The notes under the pieces were generated by a model. The model saw only the letters and a program-made list of their open reading frames with translations, was not told the origin of the DNA and made no database searches. Both the position numbers and the translations under genes were made by a program. Shown here one piece after another: positions 40,701 to 49,921 of a DNA stretch of 64,000 bases. The DNA is taken from NCBI GenBank assembly GCA_038207085.1, contig JBBRAE010000012.1, positions 1-64,000 of the forward strand, read 5' to 3'. This DNA is from Armatimonadota bacterium. Its GTDB lineage: Bacteria > Armatimonadota > UBA5829 > DTLH01. Each line of letters begins with the position of its first letter. Within the stretch, counting starts at the first letter, position 1.

Positions 40701-41979
40701 GCTCCTCTTCAGCGACCGGCTGACCCAGAGCATCGCGGTCGCGCAGCGCCGAAACAAGCTCGCCGCAGTGATGTTCCTTGACCTCGACCGGTTCAAGTAT
40801 ATCAACGACACCCTCGGGCACAACGTCGGCGACAGCCTTCTAAAGCAGGTCGCGCACAGGCTTTCACTGACTCTAAGGCGGGCCGACACGATCGCCCGGA
40901 TGGGTGGCGACGAGTTTACGATCATCCTCGGCGACATCGACTCTCCGCAGGACGCAACCCGCGTGGCAAAGAAGGTGCTAGACTCGCTCACAAAGCCGTT
41001 CCTGCTTGACGGGCGAGAGCTGTTTGTCACAACAAGCGTCGGCATAAGCGTCTACCCCAATGACGGGGTCGACGTTGAGACTCTCGTTAGAAACGCCGAC
41101 ACGGCGATGTATCAGGCCAAGGAGGAAGGTCGCAACTGCTACCACATCTACACCAATGAGCTGAACACCGCCGCAATGGAGCGGATGACGATGGAGAACA
41201 GCCTGAGGAAGGCGCTTGAGCGCGAAGAGTTCGTCGTCTACTACCAGCCGAGGGTCGACCTGAAGACGGGACAGATCCTTGGAGCCGAGGCGCTCGTGCG
41301 CTGGCGTCACCCTGAGTTCGGGCTTGTCGCGCCGGTCCAGTTTATTCCGCTCTGCGAGGAGACGGGGCTTATCGTGCCATTGAGCGAGTGGGTGCTGCGC
41401 GAGTCGTGCAAACAGAACAAGGCCTGGCAGGACGCGGGGTATGACCCCATTTCGATCGCCGTCAACATCTCAGTCAAACAGGTGGAACAGCGAGGGCTGC
41501 GGGCGACTGTCACAAGAGCCCTTCGGGACACAGGGCTAAACCCGATCTATCTCGACCTTGAGCTAACCGAAAGCACACTTATGCAGGACCCCAAGCGGAC
41601 TATCACGGTGCTTGGCAAGATCAAGGATATGGGCGTGCAAATATCGATCGACGACTTCGGCACGGGGTACTCCTCGCTTAGTTACTTGAAGCAGTTCCCC
41701 GTGGACGCAGTGAAGATCGACCAGTCGTTCGTCAAACACGTGACGACCGACCCCGATGACGCCGCAATCGCGGGCGCGGTGGTCGCGATGGCCCACAGCT
41801 TAAAACTGCGCGTAATCGCTGAAGGCGTGGAAACCCTCCAGCAGCTCGAGTTCCTGCGGGAGCTGAACTGCGACGAAATGCAGGGCTACTTCGTCAGCCG
41901 CCCCGTCCCGGCAGATGAGTTCGAACACCTGCTCAGGCAGGCAGACGAGAACTCATTTTGCTGGGCCGAAGCAGCGTAG
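37774..41979 (+). CDS. Membrane PAS-GGDEF-EAL diguanylate cyclase/phosphodiesterase
   Basis: N-terminal TMs and extracytoplasmic domain, four PAS, GGDEF, EAL, DDFGTGYSS. Confidence 0.95.
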   Translation: MTDFIINQTDYIHFICGLVYVLVATVCFTARRTTRSRLPWEWMGYLAVLHAGNSWMDVVSQSFANDSAMSVVRPILLIAACLCLIEFARVGTSRITDRSIGRWVYIPLLIAAGSGGLMGQHGLVTSLNTVLGAVGGLWSVVVVLVEARKQATLAGRALNNYATASVLIAVSSVLKDIAPRIMLAHKIPVGLVSVANVSIEVVATALVMWSALSLMIYTQELTEKSDPLRLIWSARHRIMCRTLAVITLIVCCGWIVANVAGTKVDNDIRRSLLTRARTTAAAIDWHKVKSLDGSPSDTRKRAFAELRQQLRSVKACNSDCRFVYLMGERKGGVVFLVDSEPTSSSDYSPPGEPYNEASTDMKGVIAHPGAIVEGPAADQWGNWVSGLVSIVDTHTGKVSGVLGMDTDAHNWAQMIAKQRLLCIAFVLLLCIITITFAYILQTTTEASAKISQSELHYRGLVEGSPNWVSLFDGEGKFLSINQMGASCTGWTSTDLLGTRFHEIWPEPMRAMVERTITRVLRGDRCSFEGECAPPNGRATCMNVVLNPIQDTDGVTRRFVGILTDVAEQKKAEQALEESRRALFTLLGNLPGMAYRCSNDEGWTMEFVSDGSVELTGYRPQELVGTRSVRYGELIHPEDRDNVWRTVQEAIDNDKGFRLNYRIVTSEGVEKWVWEQGRAIIRRSDSHIVLEGFIVDITDQKRAEEALVEGERRYRLLAENVRDVIWTTDLGLKTTFVSPSVAALTGYVPGDMTGMNARNMMTQASYTAMVRAIASARQAECETDRPPDPRSIELEFVRKDSDTVWTENELSFLRGSDGKTMGIMGVARDITRRKQTESHLRLQTSAVNAASDLIVITNVQGGIEFVNAAFEQETGYEMRDVLGQKLSLLKSGKQEEPFYSELWQTILAGYTWQGEMVNKRKDGSIYVEDMSITPIKNDTGAIEHFVAIKRNITEKKVYERKLDHLAHHDHLTGLPNRLLFSDRLTQSIAVAQRRNKLAAVMFLDLDRFKYINDTLGHNVGDSLLKQVAHRLSLTLRRADTIARMGGDEFTIILGDIDSPQDATRVAKKVLDSLTKPFLLDGRELFVTTSVGISVYPNDGVDVETLVRNADTAMYQAKEEGRNCYHIYTNELNTAAMERMTMENSLRKALEREEFVVYYQPRVDLKTGQILGAEALVRWRHPEFGLVAPVQFIPLCEETGLIVPLSEWVLRESCKQNKAWQDAGYDPISIAVNISVKQVEQRGLRATVTRALRDTGLNPIYLDLELTESTLMQDPKRTITVLGKIKDMGVQISIDDFGTGYSSLSYLKQFPVDAVKIDQSFVKHVTTDPDDAAIAGAVVAMAHSLKLRVIAEGVETLQQLEFLRELNCDEMQGYFVSRPVPADEFEHLLRQADENSFCWAEAA

Positions 41980-42006
41980 GAAAAACGACGCCCAAAACCA
42001 GCCTTG

Positions 42007-42036
42007 TTGACACCGTAGTCGGGCGAGCCATATAAT
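42007..42036 (+). promoter_or_regulatory. Sigma70-type promoter
   Basis: TTGACA-18 nt-TATAAT. Confidence 0.7.
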
Positions 42037-42070
42037 TGATTCATACAATATAGACCATGGAGAAACGGAA

Positions 42071-42799
42071 TTGCTTAGACCCGATGATCTGTTTGATCTG
42101 AATGAATACGAATATCGCGGAGTTTTTGATGGCTGCGAGTTCGTTTGGCAGTCGATTCACAGGATAGGCGCGTTTGTCCTTGAGTATATCACCGAACTCG
42201 ACGGCGACACCACGATCTTTGGCGAAGTCCGCCCCGGCGCACATATCGACGACCGAAATATCGTCGTGATCGGCGATGGCACAGTCATCGAACCCGGCGC
42301 ATACATCCAGGGGCCAGCGATAATCGGTAACGACTGCCAGATCCGCCACGGCGCTTATATCCGAGGGGACGTCATTATCGGCGATGGCTGCATCGTCGGC
42401 CATGCAAGTGAGCTCAAAAATGCTATCATGCTCGACGGCGCACAGGCACCGCATTTCGCCTATGTCGGCGACAGCATCCTCGGTCGGAATGTAAACCTTG
42501 GCGCGGGGACCAAGCTGTCCAACCTGCCAGTGGTGAGCGAGAAGGATATGAAGACCGGCAGACGCCCGAGCATCAAGATCACCCTAAACGGCAAGGAATA
42601 CGATACGGGTTGTGCCAAGCTCGGCGCGATTCTCGGGGACTATGCACAAACCGGCTGCAACGTAGTCACCAACCCCGGCACCATCATAGGCCAGCGCACC
42701 CTGATTTATCCGAACGTGTCGCTCAGAAAGGGCTACTACCCGGCCGATCACATTGTCAAGCTGAAGCAGCAAACGGAGCTTTCAACAAGGCAGGCTTAG
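42071..42799 (+). CDS. Left-handed beta-helix acyltransferase (GlmU C-terminal-like)
   Basis: Hexapeptide repeats; HFAYVGDSILG..VNLGAGT; KLGAILGD motifs. Confidence 0.88.
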   Translation: MLRPDDLFDLNEYEYRGVFDGCEFVWQSIHRIGAFVLEYITELDGDTTIFGEVRPGAHIDDRNIVVIGDGTVIEPGAYIQGPAIIGNDCQIRHGAYIRGDVIIGDGCIVGHASELKNAIMLDGAQAPHFAYVGDSILGRNVNLGAGTKLSNLPVVSEKDMKTGRRPSIKITLNGKEYDTGCAKLGAILGDYAQTGCNVVTNPGTIIGQRTLIYPNVSLRKGYYPADHIVKLKQQTELSTRQA

Positions 42800-42817
42800 A
42801 TAGTTCAAAACTCGGTT

Positions 42818-42842
42818 GTTTCGGGGACCCAGTCCCCGAAAC
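42818..42842. terminator. Hairpin between convergent genes
   Basis: GTTTCGGGGAC/GTCCCCGAAAC. Confidence 0.6.
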
Positions 42843-42854
42843 CTGCCTCCCAGT

Positions 42855-43247
42855 TTACACTCCCTTAATGACTTCTTCGGCCCGGTCGTTGTCCTCGGTT
42901 GAGATAACGGCTTGCGCGACGCCTCCGCCTGGGGTGACGGTTGCGTAGATGTAGCGGATATTTATATCTGCGTCGGCGAGTTTGCAACAGAGTTCGGAGA
43001 GCGCGCCGGGACGGTCGGGGATTTCCACCAGGACCACCTCAGTTGCGACAAACGAGCAACCCATTTCACAGAGCGCCGACACTGCGCGGTCGTGGTCGTT
43101 GACGATCAGCCGAGCTACACCGTAGTCCATTCCATCAGCCACCGAAATCGCCTTGATGTTGATGTTGAACCGCGCGAGGTGGCTGGTAATCCTGGCAAGT
43201 TCACCGGACTTGTTTGCAAGAAACGCCGAGATCTGCGTCGCCTTCAC
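42855..43247 (-). CDS. Tandem ACT-domain protein
   Basis: QISAFLANKSGEL and DRPGAL..L....INI.Y.Y motifs. Confidence 0.9.
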   Translation of the reverse strand: MKATQISAFLANKSGELARITSHLARFNINIKAISVADGMDYGVARLIVNDHDRAVSALCEMGCSFVATEVVLVEIPDRPGALSELCCKLADADINIRYIYATVTPGGGVAQAVISTEDNDRAEEVIKGV

Positions 43248-43352
43248 GTCATGATACCTCCAAAGATAATTATCCCCGAAAAACGACGAGAATCACACCG
43301 GGCAGGCGATGGCAGAAATAATCCAACCCGCATTATTCACGAATAAAGCGGG

Positions 43353-43676
43353 CTAAGCAGACTTGGGGAGACCTTCCGAGCAGGATATATCAAGTCGACG
43401 ATTAAGTCCCAGACAGATGCGCCACAAAAGCTCAAGACTGCTTCCGTCATAGTCCGCATTCTCAAGTTTCGATATCATAGACTGGGTCGCTCCTACCTTC
43501 TGCGCAAGCTCGTTCTGAGTCAGTCCAGAACGTTCGCGCAGATCGAGGGCTATCTGCGAAACTCGAACCTTGAGCTCCTCTTCCGCGACAATGCGATCCC
43601 ACTCATCATCCCCTCCATACCTGCGATCGAGAATTTCGACTGCATCTTTAGTCTTACTGGTTCGTTTCATAGCCAT
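43353..43676 (-). CDS. XRE-family HTH antitoxin (HigA-like)
   Basis: LRERSGLTQNELAQKVGATQSMISKLE. Confidence 0.9.
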   Translation of the reverse strand: MAMKRTSKTKDAVEILDRRYGGDDEWDRIVAEEELKVRVSQIALDLRERSGLTQNELAQKVGATQSMISKLENADYDGSSLELLWRICLGLNRRLDISCSEGLPKSA

Positions 43677-44038
43677 ACCTCTTGGGATCTAATTCGTACA
43701 GCTTGCGCCGTTTCACCGCCAGCTCGATTTCTTTTGTCGGGGATCCTATCCTCTTTCATTAGTCCGTGCGACAAAACCGCTGCGACCGACCCACTGAAAA
43801 AGTATAGGATCCGATAGTTTGAGCTTCCGTACCTTACGCGCAGCTCATAAATACCGTCTCTGAGGTAATCAGCGGTCGGCCTTCGAATATCCCGCCCCTG
43901 GGATGCCAGCACATTGATCACAGCCCTGCACTTTGCGGCGACACGCCGGTCACGCCTTGCCACCTCACCATCCAGCCAATCAAGAACAGGGACAGAACCA
44001 TCGTCGTCCCGGAAGAATATTATAGAAGTCTTGGCCAA
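43654..44038 (-). pseudogene. RelE/ParE (HigB/Gp49-like) toxin with apparent C-terminal frameshift
   Basis: YLRDGIYELR, YRILYFF, LSHG motifs; removing one A at 43732-43735 restores DKEIELAVKRRKLYELDPKRYGYETNQ*. Confidence 0.7.
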
Positions 44039-44105
44039 TAGTCTATCCGCACGACATTATACCATATTTTGCATATTCGCAACCGAACACCAGCCGACTG
44101 CGCAC

Positions 44106-44143
44106 AAAAAGCGGGCGCAATCCCGAAGACCTGCGCCCGCTTT
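44106..44143 (-). terminator. Intrinsic terminator
   Basis: GCGGGCGCA/TGCGCCCGC stem with U5 tract on the minus strand. Confidence 0.75.
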
Positions 44144-44165
44144 GACTTGTGACTCGAACTGTGAG

Positions 44166-47100
44166 CTATTCCTGCTGCCCGGCCCAGCGTTCTTTTACCT
44201 GCCACATGAAGTTCGCGACTTTTGCATCGCGACTTGAATCGATGAATCCATCGTAGTCGAGGTTCAGGAACGGCAGGTTGTTGTGCGCCTTTCTCAGGGC
44301 CTGAGAAAGCGCGGTTACGGTGTTTCCGGGCATGCAGTTGAACGGGATCACCGAAACGATACCCGCCATGCCCCGGCGCGCGAAGTCCTCGGCCTTGCCC
44401 ATGCTGCAGATCGCCTCACCGCCGAAGGTATAATGGACATATTTCTGGCCCTCTTCGATTACTTCATCCGGGCCGATATCATCGTAGCCGTCAAGGAACG
44501 GAAGCGTCGCGTGGTAGAGCGCGTGCTCGTCGCGTTTGGCGAGTTTGTCGTTCATTACGCGGGCATAATACTCTTTCATACAGTTCTTGTCGCCGGTGTC
44601 CTCCCAGCGCTCTTTGGCGAATATCTTGCCGATCGCGTTGGCGTAGATGAAGAACTCGGTCGCAGGAGCCATCCATACTTCGCCGCCGCAGGCTTCAATC
44701 TTGCGGATGATCTCCTGGTTGGCGTCGCCGTTGATCCTGACGTAAAACTCGCCGACCATCCCGACCATCGGGCGCTTCTCATCGCGCTTGGGAACTCGTT
44801 TAAATTCCTTCGTGGCAAGGCGCAGCACGTCTTCGATCGGGCCGAGATGACGCGTGCCCAGAAGCGAGCCGAACTTGCCGAGCCCGTCCTGAGTGCGCCG
44901 CTTGTGCTCGGACATCATATCGCAGATCATTTGCAGATACTTCTCAAAGATCGCGTCGCTTTCGCCGGGGTTGATCTCGTAGGGCCGGGTCTTGTGGAGC
45001 ATCTTCTCCAGTAGATCATGAGCGACAAAGCCGTCCCAGCAGATCAGCGCGAAATGCGTCCCAAGGCCGCCGTGCTCGCTCTTTTCGCCGAGCGTCACCA
45101 TATCTACCGACTGCATCCCGAGCTTGTCCAGGATGCGCCGCTGGAGCAGAGAGTACATCCCAAACCGGCACGGTCCCTGGGCGTTCCCCTGGAAGAAAGC
45201 TTCCCTGCTCGGATCAAAATCCGGCTGGCTTGTGCGATAAAGCAGATCTTCGGTGGTCATAAGGGCGGGCAGACACACGTCTTCGCTGATCGCTTTTCGG
45301 GCGAGGTTCATCCCCTGGTCGGGGCTCTTTGGTATAACCTCAGCCTCGACTCCGTAGGCACGAAGCGCGGCGGCAAGCACCCGCGCAGCCTCAGAAGCGT
45401 AAGGAATCCAGACCTTCTTACCGCGAACCGAGGTGATCGACTTATCTGACGTGTCGATCACCTCGTAGTCGCAGTGGTCGCCCTTGGAAATCGCGGTGTC
45501 GGCGAACGCCTCGATGCGGGTGATGACGCCGGCGTCGGCGGTGTGCTCGTCGATCTGCATGATGTAGCAGGGCTCGCCGATCTCGTCTTTGAAGAATGGG
45601 TTGGCAAACGAGTCCGGGCCGCACCCAAAGAACGTCAGCACAACCGCTCGCAGCCGCACGTCCTCGCGGATGATCCGCGCGGCTGCAAGCTTCTTCTGGA
45701 TCTGCCGGGAGAATGTGTTCGGCCACGAGTCGGATATATCGACCGAAGAAAGCGGCAAAAAGTCCTGCGGGATCGCGACGATTCCGAGATCGCCGACCTT
45801 CTTGCCGATGTCCATGTTGATCGCCTGTTCGTAGAGCGAGTAAGGCCGCCCAACGATCACAAACGCGGTCTCATCCGGGCGAAGAGACTCCAGGACCTCG
45901 CGTCCCCTGTCCTCCTGCCACTTGCGGAACCCCTCAAGGGCCTTCATCCCGACTTCAAAAGCACGCGCAGCCTGCGCCGGAGTCTTGCCCATCTCCGCCG
46001 CGAGCTTAGTAAACTCCTTCAGGAGATGCTTCTTGCCGCGCCTGAAGTGGAACCTGGGGGTGAGATACTTGGCCTTGCCATCTTTGACGCCGGTGCAGGT
46101 CGCGATGACCTCCGGGGCAGCCTGCAGGTATGGGCAGGTCTGGGTCTTGGGCAGGTTCGGGTTCGTCTGCTCACCTGAGATCACGCCGGGCATCAGGATG
46201 TAGTCGACATCCTTTTCCATCAAAAACTTGACGTGCCCGTGGGCGACTTTGAACGGGAAGCACGGCTCACCAATCGAATTTGATAATCCCAGCTCTACTA
46301 TGTGCTTGTTGGTCGGGTCCGAAGGTGTCACATTGAACCCAAGCTCCGTGAAAAACCCGTTATAGAGCGGATAATACTCGCTGAACATCAGGCCTCGGGC
46401 GACTCCGACCGTCGGCGCGCCCTGGGGGGCTTTGCCCGAGTAGGCGTTGATCAGCATCATCTCCCGCTCTTCAAAGAGGTCGGGCAGGTGTTCGCCGAGC
46501 TTCTTCTTGTGGACGGCGCTGAACTTCTCGCAGCGGTCGTTGTAGTAATATTTCGGCCCGCTTGCCATCTGGAAGGTGTTCACGTCGCATGCGTTCGCAC
46601 AGGACTTGCACTCAAATGAGCTCATCGTGTAGTCCCCGGCCGAGATCGCGTCAAAGCCGACAAAGCTCGACTTTTCAGGCTTCTGCCGAAGCGCCAGACG
46701 CGCCGCGCCGATCGCCCCTGTGATGTGCGGATACGGAGGGACGACGATCTTGCGGCCAAGCACCGTCTCGTAGGCCGCGACCATCCCCTTGTTGAAGGCC
46801 ACCGCACCCTGGAAGACGACGTTCTTGCCGATCTCCCGGCTTGAAACGTTTTTGGCCATGTAGTTCTTGACCGACGCAAAACACGTCGCCGCGCAGAGTT
46901 CCTCGATCGGAACCCCGGCCTGCTGGTAGTAGACCATCGCCGACTCGGTAAAAACCGTGCATGTCCAGTCGAGGTCGGGCGGGTTCTGACCTTTAAGCGC
47001 CCAGTCGCCGAAATCCTGAATCGGGAGGCCGAGGCGGGAGGCCTGTTTCTCAAGAAAAGCTCCACACCCGGCGGCGCAGGCGCGGTTCATTTCAAAGTCG

Positions 47101-48428
47101 ATGATGACCTCGCCGTCAAGGCGTATAAATTTCGAATCCTGACCGCCGATCTCAATGATCGTGTCGGCATCGGGGGTGAACGCAAGCGCGCCGTTGGCCT
47201 GGGCGGTGATCTCGTTTTTGATCAGGTCCGCGCCGATGTAATCGCCTGTCAGATAGCGCCCCGAGCCGGTCGTCGCTGCGACGATCTCGCCGATCTGGTA
47301 GCCTTTTTCTTTGATCTGATCGTTGATATTTGCGATCGTATCGCGGACGGCGGCAAGCGGGTCGCCGTCGGTCCTGCGATAGTAAAATGCGAGCACGTGG
47401 AACTTGCCGTCGACCTCGGTGACGAGCGCGGCCTTGGTAGAGACCGAACCGATATCGACCCCAAGCGCCGCTACGGCGATCTCGGTCGGGATCCCCTCGC
47501 CGGTTGGAGGAGGAAGCATCTCCGAGAGCTCCAGGCGAAGCGGGTCGGTGCCGTCATACTCGATCGGGCGGTCCATCTGGTCGGCAAGCGCGCCAAGGGC
47601 GCTCTTGATATCAACCGGCGTGGAGGCCCGAAGGGCAGCGCCAATGGCCCCAAGAGTTCTGTTGTGCTCAGGAATAAACAGGTCGCCGTTCAGCCCGAGC
47701 TCTTTTGATAAATACTTCACTACAGCAGGGTTTTCAGAGACGCCGCCGATAAAGGCGACCTGGCTCTTGAACTGCTTGCCCCGGGCAAAAGTCGAGCGAT
47801 AGTTGCGGCAGATCGCGTGATGGATCCCAGCCGCAATTCTTTCACGCGGCGTGCCTTTTTGATAAAGATGTACGATATCGCTCTCGGTGAACACGCTGCA
47901 GCGGCCCGAAAGCGACGCGGGGTTCTCCGTCTCAAGCGCTACCTTCGCGAAGGCGTCGATTGCCCCGAAGTTCAGGCGCTTGGTCATGTGATCGAGGAAC
48001 GAACCGCTTCCGGCGGCGCACTTGTTGCCGAGGTTCGAGTCGGCCATAAGCAGCCGCCCGGAGACCTCGTCGCGCTCGAACAGCAGATATTTCTGCTGCT
48101 CCCGGCCCATTTCGACCACGGTGCGCACGTCGGGATAGAGCTTGTCGATACTTGCCGCGATGGCGTTGGGTTCGTCGATGCAGTCCGCGCCGATCAGTTC
48201 GGCGACACCTTTCCCTCCCGCGCCGGTGATCCCGAGCACGGTCTGACCACCATCGTTCATATCCCCGGCTATCTTGAGAGCCTCTTCAAGCGCATCTTTG
48301 GCGCGCCTGAGCGGCTGACCTTGAATCTGGAGAATTGGAAGTTCTTTAACCTGGATGGAATCAGTCCCGCAGACCACCACGGTCTTGACGGTGTCGGACC
48401 CGATGTCCATTCCGATGCGTAAAGCCAC
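44166..48428 (-). CDS. Acyl-CoA dehydratase activase-like protein (two BadF/BcrAD ATPase domains + DUF2229)
   Basis: Two GxDIGS motifs, CAAGSGSFL/CAAGCGAFL, CSVF/CTVF, CxxCxNxC, QIDEH, PFNCMP. Confidence 0.92.
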   Translation of the reverse strand: MALRIGMDIGSDTVKTVVVCGTDSIQVKELPILQIQGQPLRRAKDALEEALKIAGDMNDGGQTVLGITGAGGKGVAELIGADCIDEPNAIAASIDKLYPDVRTVVEMGREQQKYLLFERDEVSGRLLMADSNLGNKCAAGSGSFLDHMTKRLNFGAIDAFAKVALETENPASLSGRCSVFTESDIVHLYQKGTPRERIAAGIHHAICRNYRSTFARGKQFKSQVAFIGGVSENPAVVKYLSKELGLNGDLFIPEHNRTLGAIGAALRASTPVDIKSALGALADQMDRPIEYDGTDPLRLELSEMLPPPTGEGIPTEIAVAALGVDIGSVSTKAALVTEVDGKFHVLAFYYRRTDGDPLAAVRDTIANINDQIKEKGYQIGEIVAATTGSGRYLTGDYIGADLIKNEITAQANGALAFTPDADTIIEIGGQDSKFIRLDGEVIIDFEMNRACAAGCGAFLEKQASRLGLPIQDFGDWALKGQNPPDLDWTCTVFTESAMVYYQQAGVPIEELCAATCFASVKNYMAKNVSSREIGKNVVFQGAVAFNKGMVAAYETVLGRKIVVPPYPHITGAIGAARLALRQKPEKSSFVGFDAISAGDYTMSSFECKSCANACDVNTFQMASGPKYYYNDRCEKFSAVHKKKLGEHLPDLFEEREMMLINAYSGKAPQGAPTVGVARGLMFSEYYPLYNGFFTELGFNVTPSDPTNKHIVELGLSNSIGEPCFPFKVAHGHVKFLMEKDVDYILMPGVISGEQTNPNLPKTQTCPYLQAAPEVIATCTGVKDGKAKYLTPRFHFRRGKKHLLKEFTKLAAEMGKTPAQAARAFEVGMKALEGFRKWQEDRGREVLESLRPDETAFVIVGRPYSLYEQAINMDIGKKVGDLGIVAIPQDFLPLSSVDISDSWPNTFSRQIQKKLAAARIIREDVRLRAVVLTFFGCGPDSFANPFFKDEIGEPCYIMQIDEHTADAGVITRIEAFADTAISKGDHCDYEVIDTSDKSITSVRGKKVWIPYASEAARVLAAALRAYGVEAEVIPKSPDQGMNLARKAISEDVCLPALMTTEDLLYRTSQPDFDPSREAFFQGNAQGPCRFGMYSLLQRRILDKLGMQSVDMVTLGEKSEHGGLGTHFALICWDGFVAHDLLEKMLHKTRPYEINPGESDAIFEKYLQMICDMMSEHKRRTQDGLGKFGSLLGTRHLGPIEDVLRLATKEFKRVPKRDEKRPMVGMVGEFYVRINGDANQEIIRKIEACGGEVWMAPATEFFIYANAIGKIFAKERWEDTGDKNCMKEYYARVMNDKLAKRDEHALYHATLPFLDGYDDIGPDEVIEEGQKYVHYTFGGEAICSMGKAEDFARRGMAGIVSVIPFNCMPGNTVTALSQALRKAHNNLPFLNLDYDGFIDSSRDAKVANFMWQVKERWAGQQE

Positions 48429-48686
48429 GAATGTTTGCCTCCTGCCACATTAGTCCGCCACGGGCAACTCTCGCCCATCGGCTTGGTGAGGGGCTGCTTG
48501 TACGCCAGCCAATCACATCAGTATATACCCCAAAACCTCTGCCAGTCAAGCTCATCCGCCCCTTTGGAGTCGGGCCGGTGACACTGAAGTGACCGCCATT
48601 TCTCCCTCTTTGTCACTCAAAATCACCCCGCACAGGCCTGCCTGGTGTATAATAGAGGCAGCTTGATCCAACAGGAGAATAGAGTA

Positions 48687-49865
48687 TTGTCCACACAAGT
48701 GTTTTTCGGGAATGCAAGGCAGAGCCGGCTTCGAGCCGACGAGACGCTGCCCGCAAAGCTCGACCTTATCATCGATAAACTGAACCTTCGCGAGCGCGTG
48801 AACGGCAAAACGGTCGCGATCAAGATGCACCTTGGCAGCAACATCGGCTACAGCACGATCCACCCCGTTTTCGTCCGCAAGCTCGTTCAGGCTGTGAAAG
48901 ACGGCGGCGGCAGGCCCTTCGTCACCGACACCGCGCACGCGTGCGCCTCGGCTCACGAGCGCGGCTACTCGCACGACACCATCGGCTGCCTGATCCTGCC
49001 CTGCGCCGGGCCCGATGAGCGCTATTTCAAGACTTTTCCGGCCGACTTCAAGGGGATTACCGAGTATAAAGTCGGTGGGACGCTGATTGACGCGGACTTC
49101 TTGATCGACTTTGCACATGTAAAAGGCCACCCCAGCTGCGGAATGGGAGGGGTCTTCAAGAACCTCGCTCTTGGCGCGATGATCGGTGAAACCCGAGGCA
49201 AGCTCCACGACACGGTCCACTTTGACCAATACTGGTTCAAAGACCGGTGCCCGGACGCTGAGATCAGAAAGAAGATCATCGAGAGCTGCAGCATGGAAGC
49301 GCTCGTCATCGACAAAAACGACCCGGACAACGTCCACCTGCACACCGAGCCCTGCAACCAGTGCGGCGACTGCGCGAAAGTCGCGCCTGAGGGCGCTCTT
49401 AGGATCGACGGCGCAAACTTCTTTGCCTTCCAGCAGGCGTGCGCGATCGGTGTAAGCCATGTGCTCTCGCAGTTTGACCCGGCAAACACCGTGTACTTGA
49501 ACCTGGCGACCCAAATGACCGCGGTATGTGACTGCTTCGGCTTCACAGGCGCATCGGTCTTGCCCGACGTGGGGATATTCGGCGGAAACGACATCTGCGC
49601 GGTAGAGCAGGCGATGCTCGATGAGGTCGGCAAGTGCGAGATCATCGAAGAAAACGTCCCGATGTCCATGCAACTCCAGCCCGGCGTTGGCCGACACCCG
49701 TTCCAGGTGCTCCACGGCGTCCTCAAAGACCCCTACAAGGTGGTCGAATACAGCGCAGCGCTCGGCCTCGGCAGCCAGAGCTACGAGTTTGTCGACGTAT
49801 TGCCCCTTGAGACGCAGGACAGCTCCAAATACGAAGACATGGTCGTCAGCGCGGACGAGCTTTAG
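48687..49865 (+). CDS. DUF362 family Fe-S protein with ferredoxin-like motif
   Basis: AIKMHLG, HVKGH..GGVFKNLALG, CNQCGDC, CDC motifs; AGGAG RBS before TTG. Confidence 0.88.
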   Translation: MSTQVFFGNARQSRLRADETLPAKLDLIIDKLNLRERVNGKTVAIKMHLGSNIGYSTIHPVFVRKLVQAVKDGGGRPFVTDTAHACASAHERGYSHDTIGCLILPCAGPDERYFKTFPADFKGITEYKVGGTLIDADFLIDFAHVKGHPSCGMGGVFKNLALGAMIGETRGKLHDTVHFDQYWFKDRCPDAEIRKKIIESCSMEALVIDKNDPDNVHLHTEPCNQCGDCAKVAPEGALRIDGANFFAFQQACAIGVSHVLSQFDPANTVYLNLATQMTAVCDCFGFTGASVLPDVGIFGGNDICAVEQAMLDEVGKCEIIEENVPMSMQLQPGVGRHPFQVLHGVLKDPYKVVEYSAALGLGSQSYEFVDVLPLETQDSSKYEDMVVSADEL

Positions 49866-49875
49866 AGATACGCAG

Positions 49876-49911
49876 AAACGGGGCTCGACCATGTATGGGA
49901 GAGCCCCGTTT
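49876..49911. terminator. Bidirectional terminator-like hairpin
   Basis: AAACGGGGCTC/GAGCCCCGTTT between convergent genes. Confidence 0.7.
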
Positions 49912-49921
49912 GGTTGGATGT

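Noticed and set aside
42071..42799. Candidate for the missing hddC nucleotidyltransferase or full glmU
   Set aside because: Only the beta-helix domain is present; no GxGxR nucleotidyltransferase motif
31000..44100. Genomic island bounded by the two TA loci
   Set aside because: No integrase, tRNA, terminal repeats or evident compositional shift; intervening genes look chromosomal
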